Shown: one piece after another, positions 51,595-64,000 of the stretch
How the letters are laid out: every line of letters starts with the position of its first letter
Numbering within the stretch: the first letter of the stretch is position 1
Assembly: GCA_039621445.1 (NCBI GenBank)
Contig: CP154954.1
Location: 3,043,715 to 3,107,714, forward strand
DNA: 64,000 nucleotides
Source: Euglena gracilis
Taxonomy: Eukaryota
Reading direction: 5' to 3'
Made by a program: the position numbers and the translations under genes
Notes under the pieces: generated by a model
The model's input: only the letters and a program-made list of their open reading frames with translations
The model's database searches: none
What the model was told of the DNA's origin: nothing

Positions 51595-54500
51595 ATATAT
51601 ATATATATATATTAATATATAATAATAGTCAGTTAATTGAATTAAAAATGAATTAATTATTTTAATTAAGTAATTAATTAATTTAATTAAAAAAGAATTT
51701 ATTAATTTAATTAATAATTTAATTAATAATTTAATTAATTAAATCAATCAATCCATTAATTAATTTAATTTGGAATTAATTAATCAATTAAGTTAAAGCT
51801 TTTTACAGCGTTTTTGAACGCATTTTTTTCCAGGGGTTTTAAGATGCCTTAAAAAAGTAATGTCTGTCGCCCCCCCCCCCCAACCTGCCCCCCCCCCCTC
51901 CCGCTCCACCCTGCACGAACCACCCGCCAAGAAGGCCCGCCGGGAGGCCGACGGGGCTGCCGAGGCCGTGGCGGGCAAGGGCGAGGCGGCCGGGGAGCCG
52001 GCAGCCCCGGCGTTGCCGAGCCCAGCGGAGGAGGGCAGGGCCGGGCCTCGAGGCCGAGGAGCTGGAGGGGGGGGGGGGTGGAGAGCGATGGGCTCGGTTT
52101 TGCGCGCGGGGGGTTGCAACCCACCCCACGCAGGCTTGGTGGAGTACTTATTATTTTTTTTGGTTCACTGGCTTCCCTTCTTTTCCAGCTGGTCCGAGAT
52201 TTGGTACACCACATTAAATGAATGAACTATTATCTCGCACGGAAGGCCTCAGAAAGTATGCAGGATACATGACAAGCATATTATTTCCACATTTTTCGCA
52301 ATGCTCGACAGAAATGAATCAACATCGCACACACAGTGCTTCATTTGTGTTTGTGATACAGTAAGTCAAGGCTGGTGGCTGACTTAGAGGGCTTTCAGTT
52401 ATGCGGCATCAGACGACCTGGAATTACGTTCCCACACGGTTATGCATCTAAAAACATCGAGTTTTGTCTCTATTGCATTGATGCACTTTTCAAAAGTCGA
52501 GCATTACGCAATTTTGCCTTTGATTGGTTTCAGAAAATTTTGAAAGAGAGAGAGAGAGAGCGGGAAAAAGAAGAGTGCAGGAAAAAAAGGTACCAAATAG
52601 AAATTTCATGAAGTAACGTTGAGGCCATCATTCATTCAACCCGTTGTGACCCCCGTGTTTCCAGCTTTGGCCCCTGGGGTGATTGGGGTGAGGTGCTCCC
52701 TTTCACAATTTTCTGCCGACTTTTTTTCCCGGCAGTTTTTGGTAGGTTGATGGGTGGACAGGTGGACCCATATGTTAGGAAGGGTGTGAGGAGGGTTTCT
52801 GGACCATTCCTTTGCTTAGAACGTGCCTAACCCACCCATATCAGGGTGACTGACTGCTTTTTGGGCTCTAAACTCCCTCCCTCCGGGGGGATTCACAGGA
52901 AACGACCGAAAGTTGTTGCCTGGTTTATTTTGAAACGACCATCGATTTTCAGCTACCTCCCCTCCTGGGCGCCTGCCCCCCCCCCCCCCCTGAGCGCTTG
53001 GCCCCCCTCCTCCTTACGTGCAAACTTGGCCCCCCTAAAGTTGGCCTTAGGCCTTTTGTACATGGCCGCCAAAATTCTTAACATACAAACCTGGCCCCCC
53101 TAAGGTCGGCCCCCATGGCCTTACCTTCAATCATGGCCCGGGCCAAGTACCTAGGGGGGGGGGGAGGTATTTCTTTCTGTCCAGGATGAGACTTTTGATT
53201 ATTCACTTGTTGCCTATTGTCTCCCAGTTGGGGCGAGGGGAGGATGTACCAAAATGGCCTGTGAGTTTCCTAGTGAACCCTTTGTATGTCCCTTTGTGGG
53301 GAGGGGGATCAATTTTCAGAAAATTGCCGGATATTGGGGTAAAATTGATATCGAGATTCAAAAATTATCAGGTGAATTGACCCCAGAACTTCTTGTTGCT
53401 TTTTTCTTCGAGGCAGCTTTCTCCTTGAGTCCCAAGTCTGTTGTATTTTGAGAATCTGTTTCCAGTTTTGGGCCGAAAATTTTTGGGATCATCAAAATCC
53501 CAATCATATTCACTACGTTACGTTGCCCAATTTCCGGCCCCTTTTTCAAGGTCGATTGAGCTTTTTTTACTGTGCGGTTTTGGTCCCAGTTCATTGAATA
53601 AGCCCTGCGTTGAATACCTGTAGCCTTCTCAATTGCTCACTTTCACTGCCAGCTCAGTTGGCCATGACTCCGGGACAGCGGTGCAGCTTGCCTCCTCAAG
53701 GTTGGGTGGGTCCTGGCTGGCCCAGCACTGGCGGCCGACGTTCTACACCAGCCAGCGCTTCGGGAAGGTCGCGTTCTACGCCGCCCCGCACAAGCTGCTG
53801 AAGCGGACGCCGTGGACGCGGCAGCTGGAGCTTGCGAAGGGCCATCAGTTCTGGCGGTACTGCGCCCCGATGGGACCCTCCGCAGCAGCATATGGGCGGG
53901 AGGGGGGCCCTCCTGTTCTGCAAGAGGGGGCACAGGTGGCGGGCCAATTGGCGGTAAGCCAATCCTGCCTCAGAAATACGCGCAGCTCCAATTCTGTTTC
54001 GCAAACACAGCGACGGGGAGGGGAATGGTGTGGTGTGGTGGGGGGGGGAAGAAAATTCCATTCAGTGAGTTCACTTCACTAGGGGAGGTTTTTTTTTCAC
54101 ACCTGTTTGATGTCCCGCTCAATTTTGAGCACGAACAGCAAACCCAAAGCAAGCCATCGATGTTGCCAAGCTTTTCTGCCCCTTTCCAGGCCATTTCTTC
54201 TCTCGTTACGCGACCAAAGGTCCACAGTGACCCCGATTGGGATGAACAGCGCCGTCTCTGGGTCCAAACCAGAAAAAAAATGTTCGAACTGCAGAGTGAA
54301 GGGAGTTGGCAAGGCCACTGTAACCCTATCAGACAAAGTGAACAGATTATCCACAGCTTCTCCCCCATATTTTGACGTTTTACACACTTCTGAAATCAGG
54401 GAATTTCTTCAGCTGAACCCACCCTACCCCCTGGGGGGGATCCCAGCCGGCTCCTTTTTCCCAGCTAGCAGCTCCCAGCTGGGCTGAGGACCCCCCCCCC

Positions 54501-57500
54501 CCCCCGGGGGACTGATAGGCAATTCAGTTTTTGCAGCCCAGCAAAGTCGGGCTGGACCGAAAGATCTTCGACACACAGCACGAAGGGCCAACATTTTTGG
54601 AAAACAGGGTCAAAATGGTGAAAAAAATTGTCAAAAATTGCATTTTGAGGTTTTTTTTTGGTTTCTGGTTAGTGGTTTCTGGTTAGTGACAAAAGGCTGA
54701 AAATCCCAGCTGGGTTGCAACCCAGCTGGTTTTGGGGGTTTTTTGCCTGTTTTCAGGATTCAAGGACCCCCCCCCCCCCAGACCCCCACCCCAAAGGGGG
54801 GGGGATCCAGCCAGCACCTTTTTCCAACCGACTGGCTGGACTCCAGGGTCTTTGAGGAGTTCCCTGTTCTGAATGCATGGAAATGGTTTTCAGTTAATTT
54901 GAGACTGAACCCAGGTTTATTTTTGGACCACGGGATCAAATTCAACAAGAGAGGTTTATGAGTCGGACCGACCACCAGGTTTACACCGGCTAGGTTGGCC
55001 AGGGAGTGACCCCGTTGGGCGGGGAGCAGGGCAAGGTCTGCCGGAGGCCAGAGGGTCCCGGCGGCAACGGTGAAGGACAACCAGCTCTTCATCCACAGCG
55101 TGCGCGGCCAGAAGCTCCCCGAGAACTTCTCCTTCGTGGAGGGCTACAGGCAGAGGGGGGTGCCGATGGGACTGGGGGATGGGGGGGATCTCGTGGCATT
55201 TGGTAGTCCTGCCGCAGCTGCAATCTGGATCCATGCTGGGCTCACTTCTGGCTTCCCACACTAAAGTGGCAGTCCCAAAAAATCTGTTCTCTGCCTCTCC
55301 TGGAGCTGCAATCGCCCAAAAGTTGCCAAAGAGTTTGTTCACTCACAGAAACAGGAATTACTAGTCGAAATAACATCCCAGCAGAAATCAAAAGATTGCC
55401 AATTTTTTTTGCCCCTGATGAGAAGTCATGGGTTAATACTTGGGCAAGATCTCAGACCCTCTAGAGGGGTTGTGATTGGCAAAAAAAATATCGACCTTGT
55501 TGGACCAAAAACTCGTGTAATTGCCTCTGCAGGATTCCCCTGGGTTACCTGTAATTTTGCCAATGCATTTTGCAGAAATTTTCGTTAACAACACATTTTT
55601 GGTTATTTTTTTCATTTGATTTTCACAGACCCTTATTATTGGAACTTTTTCTAAACGTCAGCACTAGATTTATTTCGACCCGTATGGCTGGACCTATACC
55701 AGGTCAGTGATAGAAGTGTCATTTCAACACTCATTCGTCACGAACCAGTATGTTCCCAAAACAGCAAAATGAACTTTTTGATTTTCCCCATCTTTGATAA
55801 TATTTTTTTCTTTTTTGTGGATTATTTTTGTGCTGTTTTTTTTTCATTTCTCTCAGCTTTACATCTTGGAGGGTTTGTTTTTTCTTGGTGCCAGCATCTC
55901 CGCTCATTGTCTTCTGTATCATCACCATCTATGATGCTGGTGGTGGTGGCGGCGGTGATTGTCAAGGTAATTTTTTTTCCATTAAGGACCATTTTTGCCC
56001 AGGGCGGGCAAATATGATCGAATACTGAAAAGTCAAAAAAGTTTTTTTTTGTTCTTTGGGTGGATGGGTGATGGTTTGTGTCGACTAGATTATGCCAAGA
56101 TGGTGCGAAACTTTCGCCTGTTTTTCTGGTGGTTTTTTTGTTTTGGTTGTGCTGGGACAGGAGTTTTTTTTGTACCACCTTTTGACGCATAAACATAAAC
56201 AGAAACATAACATAAACATAGACATAAACGAAAACATATACATAAACATCATCACGTGTTCGCTCCTGCACGTCAACCCACGTGCCCGCACACACGCCAG
56301 AGCCCCCCCCCCTGCCCCCGAGATGAAGCTGGCGGGCTGTGCAAAACCTGAGCTGGAGGAGGCAGAGGCCCTGGCCTTGCTCAACTGCCGGCTCCTCATC
56401 ACGCTGTCCGAGGAGACGCAACATCCGGCTGGGATTGCCCCACATCACCCCCCCCCCATTTGAAAATTGTCACCTTGCCATCCCTGGGAGGTTCTGGGAC
56501 GTGGACACCTTGGCACTTAGGTGGCGGGTCTCGCACTTTTTTTGGTCTTTGTGCGCATTTGCCCTGCAGGTCGAAATTTTTTGACTTGGACGACGGCGTT
56601 GCTGTGACTTTGATCGAGAGGGAGCAACAGCCCTGTCACTCCTCTTACTTTGGTAGATTTTGCTTTGCTTTTTTTTGAGTGGTCGGAGGGGCATGAAAAC
56701 CCTCAGAGTGGGCTCCACAGTGTGCCAAAAATAAACCCAGAAAAGCACCAAAACCCGGTACTCCCCCCATTTCCTGTCTGATAATTGCCAGCGCCAGGTG
56801 GTGTTCTGGAGGTAGGGTGGCAATGTACGTGTACGCTGGGTGTTATGTACCGTCTATGGTGTGGTGACCCGTGCTCCAAGGCACCCAAAACTGCCATCCC
56901 TGATTCCATGTATCCGTCCTGGGGCACCACATCACAACCTGATCACATGATTGGGTTTTTGGGAGTCAGGCATTTTCATTTTCAAAGGAAAATGGCGGTT
57001 CGGCAAATTCCCTCATCGACAAAGAAAATTTCCTTCAGTGCGATCCACCGCATAAGTGGGAGCAATACCGCCTGATTGTCACATTGGAAAGTCCACCTGC
57101 GGACTGGACTCCCTGCGAAGTTGCCTCCAAATCTGGCGGGAAAAAAATAGTAATTTAGTTACAATTTATTTTGGAACAGACCAGAGACCGTGCGTGTTGA
57201 GTGTGTTGAGTGTGTTTTGTGCTGTGTGCTGTGCTGTGCTGTGCTTTGTTGTGTTGTGTTTGTTCGTGTTTGTGTTTGCGTTTGCGTTGTGTTGTGTGTG
57301 TGCTTGTTCATCGCGGCCGCCGTCATTACATCGGCAACCTGCGGTTCGCCCTGAACAAGCACCAGATCGAGCACGTGGTGGTGATGACCCCCACCCCACC
57401 ACTGTGCTCCATATGAAGGTGATCGAGGGACCCACAACCCCACAGGGAAATTGTACGGGAGGCAACACGGCGTTGATTAATCCTCTTGGAGGAGGGTTCT

Positions 57501-60500
57501 ATTGCAGGCTTGAAATTTGGGTCGCGTCGAACCACGCAACGGGCCGCGGGTGGTTCGACCCGGGTCCCGTCTTGGTCGTCGCTTTTGCAGGGAGGACCCT
57601 CCCCTGCCACCTGGCAACCTCCCCCCTCTGTCTCGTCCCGTCGATGAATTTTGAGCCTCGTCCAGCTGATCGAAGGGCAGGTGGACGGTCAGTGATTTTT
57701 TCCCTTCCGAGGTTTAAATAAAAACCAGGCCCAAAATGACCAAACAAAATGGGGCGAAAGCGAGCTACGCAGCTCATGTTTTTGGTCATATTTTGGCCTG
57801 TTTGCTTAAGTGGCAGTTTTTTGGGGTTTCGATTCTTTTGGCACCCGGTTCGACCCCCGGCCGGGCCCAGTTCCAGTCCGCAGGCCGGGAGGGGGGATGG
57901 AATCTCTTTTGAGCCAACCCAAACTTTCCCGTCCGAGCTGGCCCCTCCCCCGGGGGTCCCTGAGGCGGCCGCTCAGGGGCTGGTCCCGCACGGCGGTGGG
58001 CCCCAACGGCGGCGCCCCCTCCTTCGCGGACTGCGACCGCTGCGTGGCCCGCATCCACGCGTGCGTCGAGGCGGGCCACCTGGCTGGGGCGCGGCCGGCC
58101 GCTGGTGGAGCGGGGCAGGGCCTGGCTGCGGCCACGGTCGACTGGCCGTGACCGGCCCTGTATCTCTTTGGTTGGATCGTCTCCATGTATAATATATGTA
58201 CATATATATTATTTTTATGTGCATGTGTGTGTGTGTGTGTAGGTATAGGGTTAGGGTTAGGGTCGTCATACTGGCTTGACAAAGCAATCAGCCAAACCCG
58301 AAGAGCCGCTCAGATAGGGTTACAGACACGGGGGGGCGGGGGCAGCGAGCCTGCATCGTTAAAATGTGGCCACGCATAGCAATTGCAAGCCCCAGCTTGT
58401 TGGAGCTCTCTGTTTGTATCAGGGTGGTCCACACCTGAAGAGCTCAGCACCACACAAAACCCCGTTTATCAGTCAAGGGGCGGTCCTCAAGGGAAAAAAC
58501 CTTCCCATCCCTTGTGCGACGGTGCCATGCTGCTGCAGATGTTTCAGGTGTGTGGCACACGTTTGAGGCGGTCGGCAACCCGGCGGCCCGGCCCGGCCGG
58601 CGGCATTGCCCGGCCCCGCGCGGTGGCCCGGCCCGACCGGGGGCCTGGGGGCCCGGGCCAGCCAAAGTGCATGAGCCGAAAAACACTCATTTTCGGCTCA
58701 AAGACAGCTTTTACGGTCCGGGAGGCCCAAAAACATCGTTCTGAATCGAAAAACACTCAATTTCGGCTCGAAAACCGTTTTCCTGGGTGCCGGGGGCCAA
58801 AAAAAAACATCGTTTCGGGCAATTTTTTTTCGATTTGTTTCGACTTTTTTTGAACTAAAAATTGCCGAAAACGGTCATAAAAAGTCAGAACAGGCCAAAA
58901 CTGTGCAAAATGGCCAAAATTGACCGGAAAATAGCCGTAACTCGGGCTGGGCAGGGTGTTGCGGGGAAATCAAAATACCCTTAGATCGGGCATTTCAAGG
59001 GCTTCAATTTGGGCCTCCGGACATTTAGGAAAATTGATTTTTGACCCCAGAGTCGCAAGCCTGCCGCGCTGCTTTGGGCCGTAAATCGGCCATATTTCGG
59101 GCTGGGTGGGGAAATCAAAATAACGTTAGATAGGGCATTTTCAGAGTTTCAATTTAGGTCTCCGGACATTTCTTTTGCTTTTTACTTCACTTTTGAGATA
59201 TTTTTGAAAACATCGATTTTTGACCCCGAAAGCGGCCCAAAATGGCCCCAGAAATGGGCCAAAATTGGCCGAAAAATGGCCGTAACTCGGGCTACACGAA
59301 GAGTTGCGGGGAAAAGTAAACCATGCTTGGATAGGGCATTCCAAGGGCTTCATTTTTGCTCTCCAGACATTTTTTTTAAATTTTTCATCATTGTCGAGGT
59401 ATTTTGGAAAAACCGATTTTTTTGAGCAAAAAACAGCCCCCAAAACACCCTAAAATGGCCGTTTTGGTCCACAAAAGCGCGCAGGAACATGGGACAGCGT
59501 GTCGGCACCTAAAACGGCAAATGGGGGGTGATAATTGGCCTTGTGGGGAGGTAAACCCCCCAAAAAATCTCCTTTGTTGTTGTTGTTTTGATACCTTTGG
59601 AATCGTCACTGGGGTCAAGAAAGCAGAGAAATATTATTGCAAAAACCGCTGAGCTCAATTCTCGGTGGTCACCCCGGTCGCTGCCATGCACTTAAGCTTT
59701 TTTTAAGTGACGATGAGGGCATTTGCGCAAATCAACACTCTTTTTGAAAAACACAACAATTGACTCCCAAAACTCACTGAGGCGGCCTAACACACACGTA
59801 GCTTTGAAAGTGATTGTAAAATTGCGCCGATGCGCAACCTCGCAAAAAAAATTATGTTTCGAACACCGAGGCCAGGACACCCAGGGCCTGGGGACAAAAG
59901 TAACAACTTTGAACTCTGCCCCCCCCCCCCCAGTTTTTAACCCCCCGGGGTTTGTGGAATCTGGTTTGGTTTGTCAGCCGAAAAGGGGGGGTTATAAATG
60001 GGTGGGGGTTGCTGAGGTATTATCCCTTTATGAGCAAGGGCGAAGCTTACCACCGGGGAAAAGGGGGGTAGAACCCCCCCGCCCTGGGTAGACCGTGAAA
60101 ACCGTAGGTTGTCACTATGACCTCAGGTTCCCAGAATTTTTTTTTTCAGTTGCGAGCGACTGGATTTCTAGTTTCCGAATCACCTCCGTTTGACCCCCAA
60201 CTCCCCGCCAGGCCGGAGTTATTCACCTGCAAAGGGGTTCCAAACTGGGTAGGTTTGCCCCCCCCCTCTTCTGACTCTGCCATTTTGCCACGGTCCAAAA
60301 ATCGGTCAAAAATCAAACTTTCGAAAATATCTTGAGAAAACGTACATTATTTCCAGAAATGCCGGTCTGACGAAATGTACCCCTGGAGGCCCTCAACCAT
60401 GCAACACAGTCTCATCTCGCCCTCAGTCTCAGCCATTTTTCTGTAATATACACTGACAGGCCCTGGCTCAGCAGGAATGCCAATGACGAATTCTCGAACT

Positions 60501-61122
60501 GAAAATGAGCTTGTGGATTGCAGATCGATCTTGGACAAAGGATGAAAATGGTATTCAAAGCGCTCAGGGATCGATCCCCGATTTTGGCATTTCCCTTCCA
60601 GGACTCCACCTATTTCGATGCTCGGGGTGTAATACGTCACGGAGATTTGGGGCCAAAGACTGGGTCAGGGTTCAGCCTTATTTTTTGCCTTATTTGGATA
60701 ATTTTCCTGAAAATTTGGGATAAACTTTTGCCCTAAATCTACGACACATCTCGGCCATTTTGAAAACCGTCCAGAAATGGATTGCCGAAGCACTCCGCAG
60801 ACCTGGGCACTGATGCTTCATAAAGTGGGAGCGATCACCCCCACCATACCATTGGTGGCGGGGGGGGGGGGGGCAGTAGTATGATGCTGCCCACCATTTT
60901 TTAGCGTAGTTGTCTTTGGTCAGGATTCGGCTGGCAAAAAGGGGACCACCATTAGTTTGGGGTGAGGGGGAGAGGCCCGGGGTCGCGGGCCACGCCCCAG
61001 GCCCGGCGGTGGTGCACTGCCACGCGGGGGAGGGCCGCACGGGGATGCTGCTGGCGGCGTACCTGTGCCGGTTCGGGGGGCTGACCCCCGCGAAGGCGGT
61101 CGCGCACTTGCAGCGCTTCCGC
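51315..61122 (+). CDS. Dual-specificity protein phosphatase (DUSP23-like) with N-terminal extension; multi-exon, 3' end not located
   Basis: Approximate exons 51315-51368, 51908-52032, 53725-53868, 55063-55147, 56320-56415, 57312-57392, 58005-58081 and 61005-61122. They join to ...KLPENFSFVEGYEMKLAGCAKP...RLLITLSEE...PNGGAPSFADCDRCV...AVVHCHAGEGRTGMLLAAYL..., with an intact HCX5R catalytic loop. Introns have paired ends. Confidence 0.85.
51435..51792. repeat. AT-rich/(TA)n low-complexity tract in the first phosphatase intron
   Basis: Direct inspection. Confidence 0.9.
55148..56319 (+). other. Non-conventional intron, textbook CAG/CTG type
   Basis: TAC|AGGCAGAGGGGGG...CCCCCCCTGCCCCC|GAG. Y|R borders, in frame. 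Confidence 0.85.
56516..56570. mobile_element. Decayed TIR-like end of the CTTAGG family inside a phosphatase intron
   Basis: CTTAGGTGGCGGGTCTCGCACTT followed by TGTGCGCATTTGCCC. Confidence 0.4.
57393..58004 (+). other. Non-conventional intron (CCA/TGG variant)
   Basis: CCC|ACCCCACCACTGTGC...GCACGGCGGTGGGCCCC|AAC. In frame. Confidence 0.8.
58082..61004 (+). other. Non-conventional intron (TGG/CCA variant), 2.9 kb, repeat-filled
   Basis: CT|GGCTGGGGCGCGGCC...GGCCACGCCCCAGGCCC|G. In frame (HL-AVVHC). Confidence 0.8.
59776..59917 (-). mobile_element. Inverted decayed copy of the right end of transposon copy 1
   Basis: CTGAGGCGGCCTAAC..TAGCTTTGAAAGTGATTGTAAAATTGCGCC..CCCAGGGCCTGGGGAC aligns with the reverse complement of ~5770-5942. 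Confidence 0.75.
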
Positions 61123-61354
61123 CTTAGGTGTTCCTCACCCCTGAACTGGATGATGATCAGGGCAGAACGGGAATCGGCCAAACAGCCAGGGTGGTGGGTG
61201 GGGGGGGGGGTCGACCCCCCCCCACCTCTTCCCATTGTTCTGGTGGGACCAATTTTTGGACCCAAAGAAATATCCTGGCGCCTTCGGCGCTGGGTGTATT
61301 TTGGACCCATTTTTGGACCCATATAGGAGGCCCCCCGAAAACCCCCAAAACCAG

Positions 61355-62462
61355 GCTTTGAATAGTGCTGAGCTCTTAATAAATGCGCACCCAGTCCTTC
61401 ATTGAACCCCCCATATAAACCAGCCCACTCCATGGACCTCTTTTGACTGAAATGCAAGGGTTTTGTGCCCGAAACGGGGCGCCGGGGGGGGGGGACGCTC
61501 ATTTTTGGCTCAAAAAACACCTTTTCCGGGTCCGGGAGGCCAAAAAACATCGTTTCGGGCAATTTTTTTGATTTTTTCGACATTTTTGACCCAAAAATGA
61601 CCCTAAGTGCATTGGTTTCGGGGCCAAAACGGGGCGCTGGCGAGTCAAAAAACGCCATTTTCGGCTCAAAAACAAGGTCCCGGGTCCCAGACATTGAAAA
61701 TCATCGTTTCGGGCAAAATTTTTTTTCGACTTTTTTTGGCCGAAAACGGCCCAGTCGGACAGTGGAAAAAGTGTACAAAATGGCCTAAATTGGCCGAAAA
61801 ACGGCCGTATCTCGGGCTGGGCGGGGAGTTGCGGGGAAACCAAAATCCCAGCAGATGGGGCGTTCCAAGGGCCTCAATTTAGGTCTGTGCACATTTCCTT
61901 TGATTTTGCATCATTTTCCAGAAATTTTGAAAACATTGATTTTTTGACCCCCCACCCCCCGAAAACGGCCAAGTCGGACAGTGGGAAAAGTGTACAGAAC
62001 GGCCATATTGGCCGAAAAACGGCCGTATCTCGGGCTGGGCGGGGAGTTGCGAGGAAATCAAAATACCGGTAGATGGGGCGTTCCAAGGGCTTCCATTTAG
62101 GTCTTTGGTCATTTTCTTTGATTTGGCTTCATTTAGGAGATATTTTGAAAATATCGATTTTTGGGCCTGAAATGGCAGAGTCCAAAGGGGGGGGGCTTAT
62201 CCAGGGGGGCGGCCGATCCTACCCAGTTTGGACCCCTTCGCACGTGAATAACTTGGTCCTGGCGGGGAGTTGGGGGTCAAACCCAGGTGATTCGGAAACT
62301 AGACATCCAGTCGCTCGTGACTGAAAAAAATTTTTTTGGGAACCGGGCCGGGATCATGGTGATAATCCGCGGTTTTCACGGTCTACCCACTGGGGTGGGG
62401 CGGGTGAGGAGGGGGGGTTGGACCCCCCCCCTTTTCACTGGTGGTAAGCTTCGCTCTTACTC
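61355..62462 (-). repeat. Inverted copy of the 43020-43935 repeat with an internal duplication
   Basis: Reverse-complement matches at both ends (GAGCTCTTAATAA; GGTAAGCTTCGCTCTTAC). Block ~61740-61900 is repeated at ~61960-62110. Confidence 0.8.
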
Positions 62463-64000
62463 TAAAGAGATAAGAGCTCAGCGATTCTATTATTTAGCAC
62501 CTTCCAAAATTTCAACGTTTTCTCAAAGTTTTGATTTGGGAGGTTTTTGAAACAAAGAATGCCATTGAAAATCCAAAATATTTCCAAGATACAAAAATGT
62601 CAGTAAAATTTGATTGTGCCAAAATTTGGTCCAATTTTTTGACCTTCGTTTTTTTTTCACCCCCCCCCCTAAAAGTACAAACTTTTAAACCTGAAATTTT
62701 TGACATTTTTGTGAAAAATGTAGTTTTCCATCAAAAATCATGCATTTTGGGTTATTTTTTTTAAAAAAATTCAAAAATTTTCCCCAACCAAAATCTCCAA
62801 TGTCCCAAAATTTGTAGAAAATGCTGTGGTGGGTGGGGGTGTTCGACCCCCCCCCTCCATCCAGGCCTTCCCTTTCTGCCCTGGTGATGATGAATTTTGT
62901 TGGGAGTGATACACATCTTTAACAGAGCCATAGACAAAATTGATCCTGATAAATTGGGCGACCAGAACTCAGACGGTTTTTGGGAAGACATCCAATTTTT
63001 TTGGGCTTGAGGTAAATTTGAGCCTTTTCCATTCTTTTTTTTTTTAGAAAAAAGCACGGAAAAATTTGAAACAAAAATGTAACAATTGTGCGCCAATTTT
63101 TTGCAACCTTTTTTGGCTACGAATTCCCGCTGGCAGCATTTTTTTTTGTCGCTGATATCTCCAGAAAGCCTCATACACAGCCTCTCCAGCCGTGAGACCA
63201 CACCTGGCAGCGGCATCGATCCTTGCAAGGCTGGTGCCAGAAGGACAATGCGTACAACAACAACCTGGTGCAGGTGAAGCAGCTGGAGGGCTATGCACAG
63301 GAGATGTGTCCGCCCAAGTGATCCAGACCACTCCACTTGACGAATTACAAAACCACCGCAACGTTTGAACATCCTGGCGTTTCGCCTCAAGCCCATCTGA
63401 GCTCGCAAAACAACAAAATTTTTGAGAAGGGAGGCCCCGCTTAGTGCTGCCTCGGAGTGCGCTGTCGATGTGGCTCCGACGTGGCGACGGGGCTTCTTGC
63501 TCCTGGCCCCTTTGCCCCCCCCCCTGGCCCCCACTGTCTGCCGATCGAGAGCTTTTGAAAATAAATTTTCTTTTACGGGCGGGGGGGGGGGCGTCGGGCT
63601 CACAAGGTCTTCAGGCTGGGCCCTCGGTGTCCCTTCCTCCCTTATCGGTCTGCCTCGACGGGATGCGAGACACATCGGGCTCCACGCTTTGCCCCTGTAA
63701 GGCCTGATTTTTCACCGAAAATTAGGGGGCCAGGGCATTTTCCAAGGCACCTTTGGCACCAACGTTGACTTCAAAAGCCTCCATCCCCCTCTTCTGACCA
63801 ATCTCAAAACTTCTTTTGCGGAAAGGCCCAATTTTTTGAGCAAACCAACCCCTTCCATCTGGTGGAGGGGGCCCCCCGCACCCGGGGAAAAATTCTCTTC
63901 GATAAAAGGTCTTGCGTCTGCACGGATGGCCTGACAAGGGGGTCACTTGGTGTTTGTGCTTCGCCCTCGGTGTCCCTTCCTCCCCTCTTGGTCTTGCCTC

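Noticed and set aside
58245-58262. TAGGGTTAGGGTTAGGG telomere-like repeat
   Set aside because: Under three full units and intronic; not a chromosome end.
63620-64000. 22-bp direct repeat GCCCTCGGTGTCCCTTCCTCCC at ~63620 and ~63964
   Set aside because: Only two copies and cut by the window edge, so it cannot be interpreted.

Overview
Repeat-rich eukaryotic genomic DNA, almost certainly a euglenid (Euglena-like): genes mix GT-AG introns with non-conventional introns whose ends base-pair (+4..+6 with -8..-6). The main content is a DNA transposon family with 26-bp terminal inverted repeats (CTTAGGCGGCCTAAYTCGCACTTAAG) and 5-bp target-site duplications. Two copies have both ends (1438-5942, TSD AGGTT; 13091-22341, TSD TCTCA) and several decayed ends occur elsewhere. 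The larger copy carries an 8-exon minus-strand gene that splices by hand into one ~1227-aa ORF: transposase-like fragment, ParB-like domain, a possible degenerate beta-class DNA methyltransferase fold, and a charged low-complexity tail. Both copies are studded with about 16-19 copies of an 18-bp palindrome (TTTGCGC-N4-GCGCAAA) confined to non-coding DNA, suggesting a ParB/parS-like self-recognition system. The right part of the window holds a host DUSP23-like phosphatase gene (51315 to ~61122) split by non-conventional introns. The rest is MITEs, dispersed repeats, microsatellites and a few unassigned exon-like patches. Domain calls rest on motif recognition by eye, not database searches.
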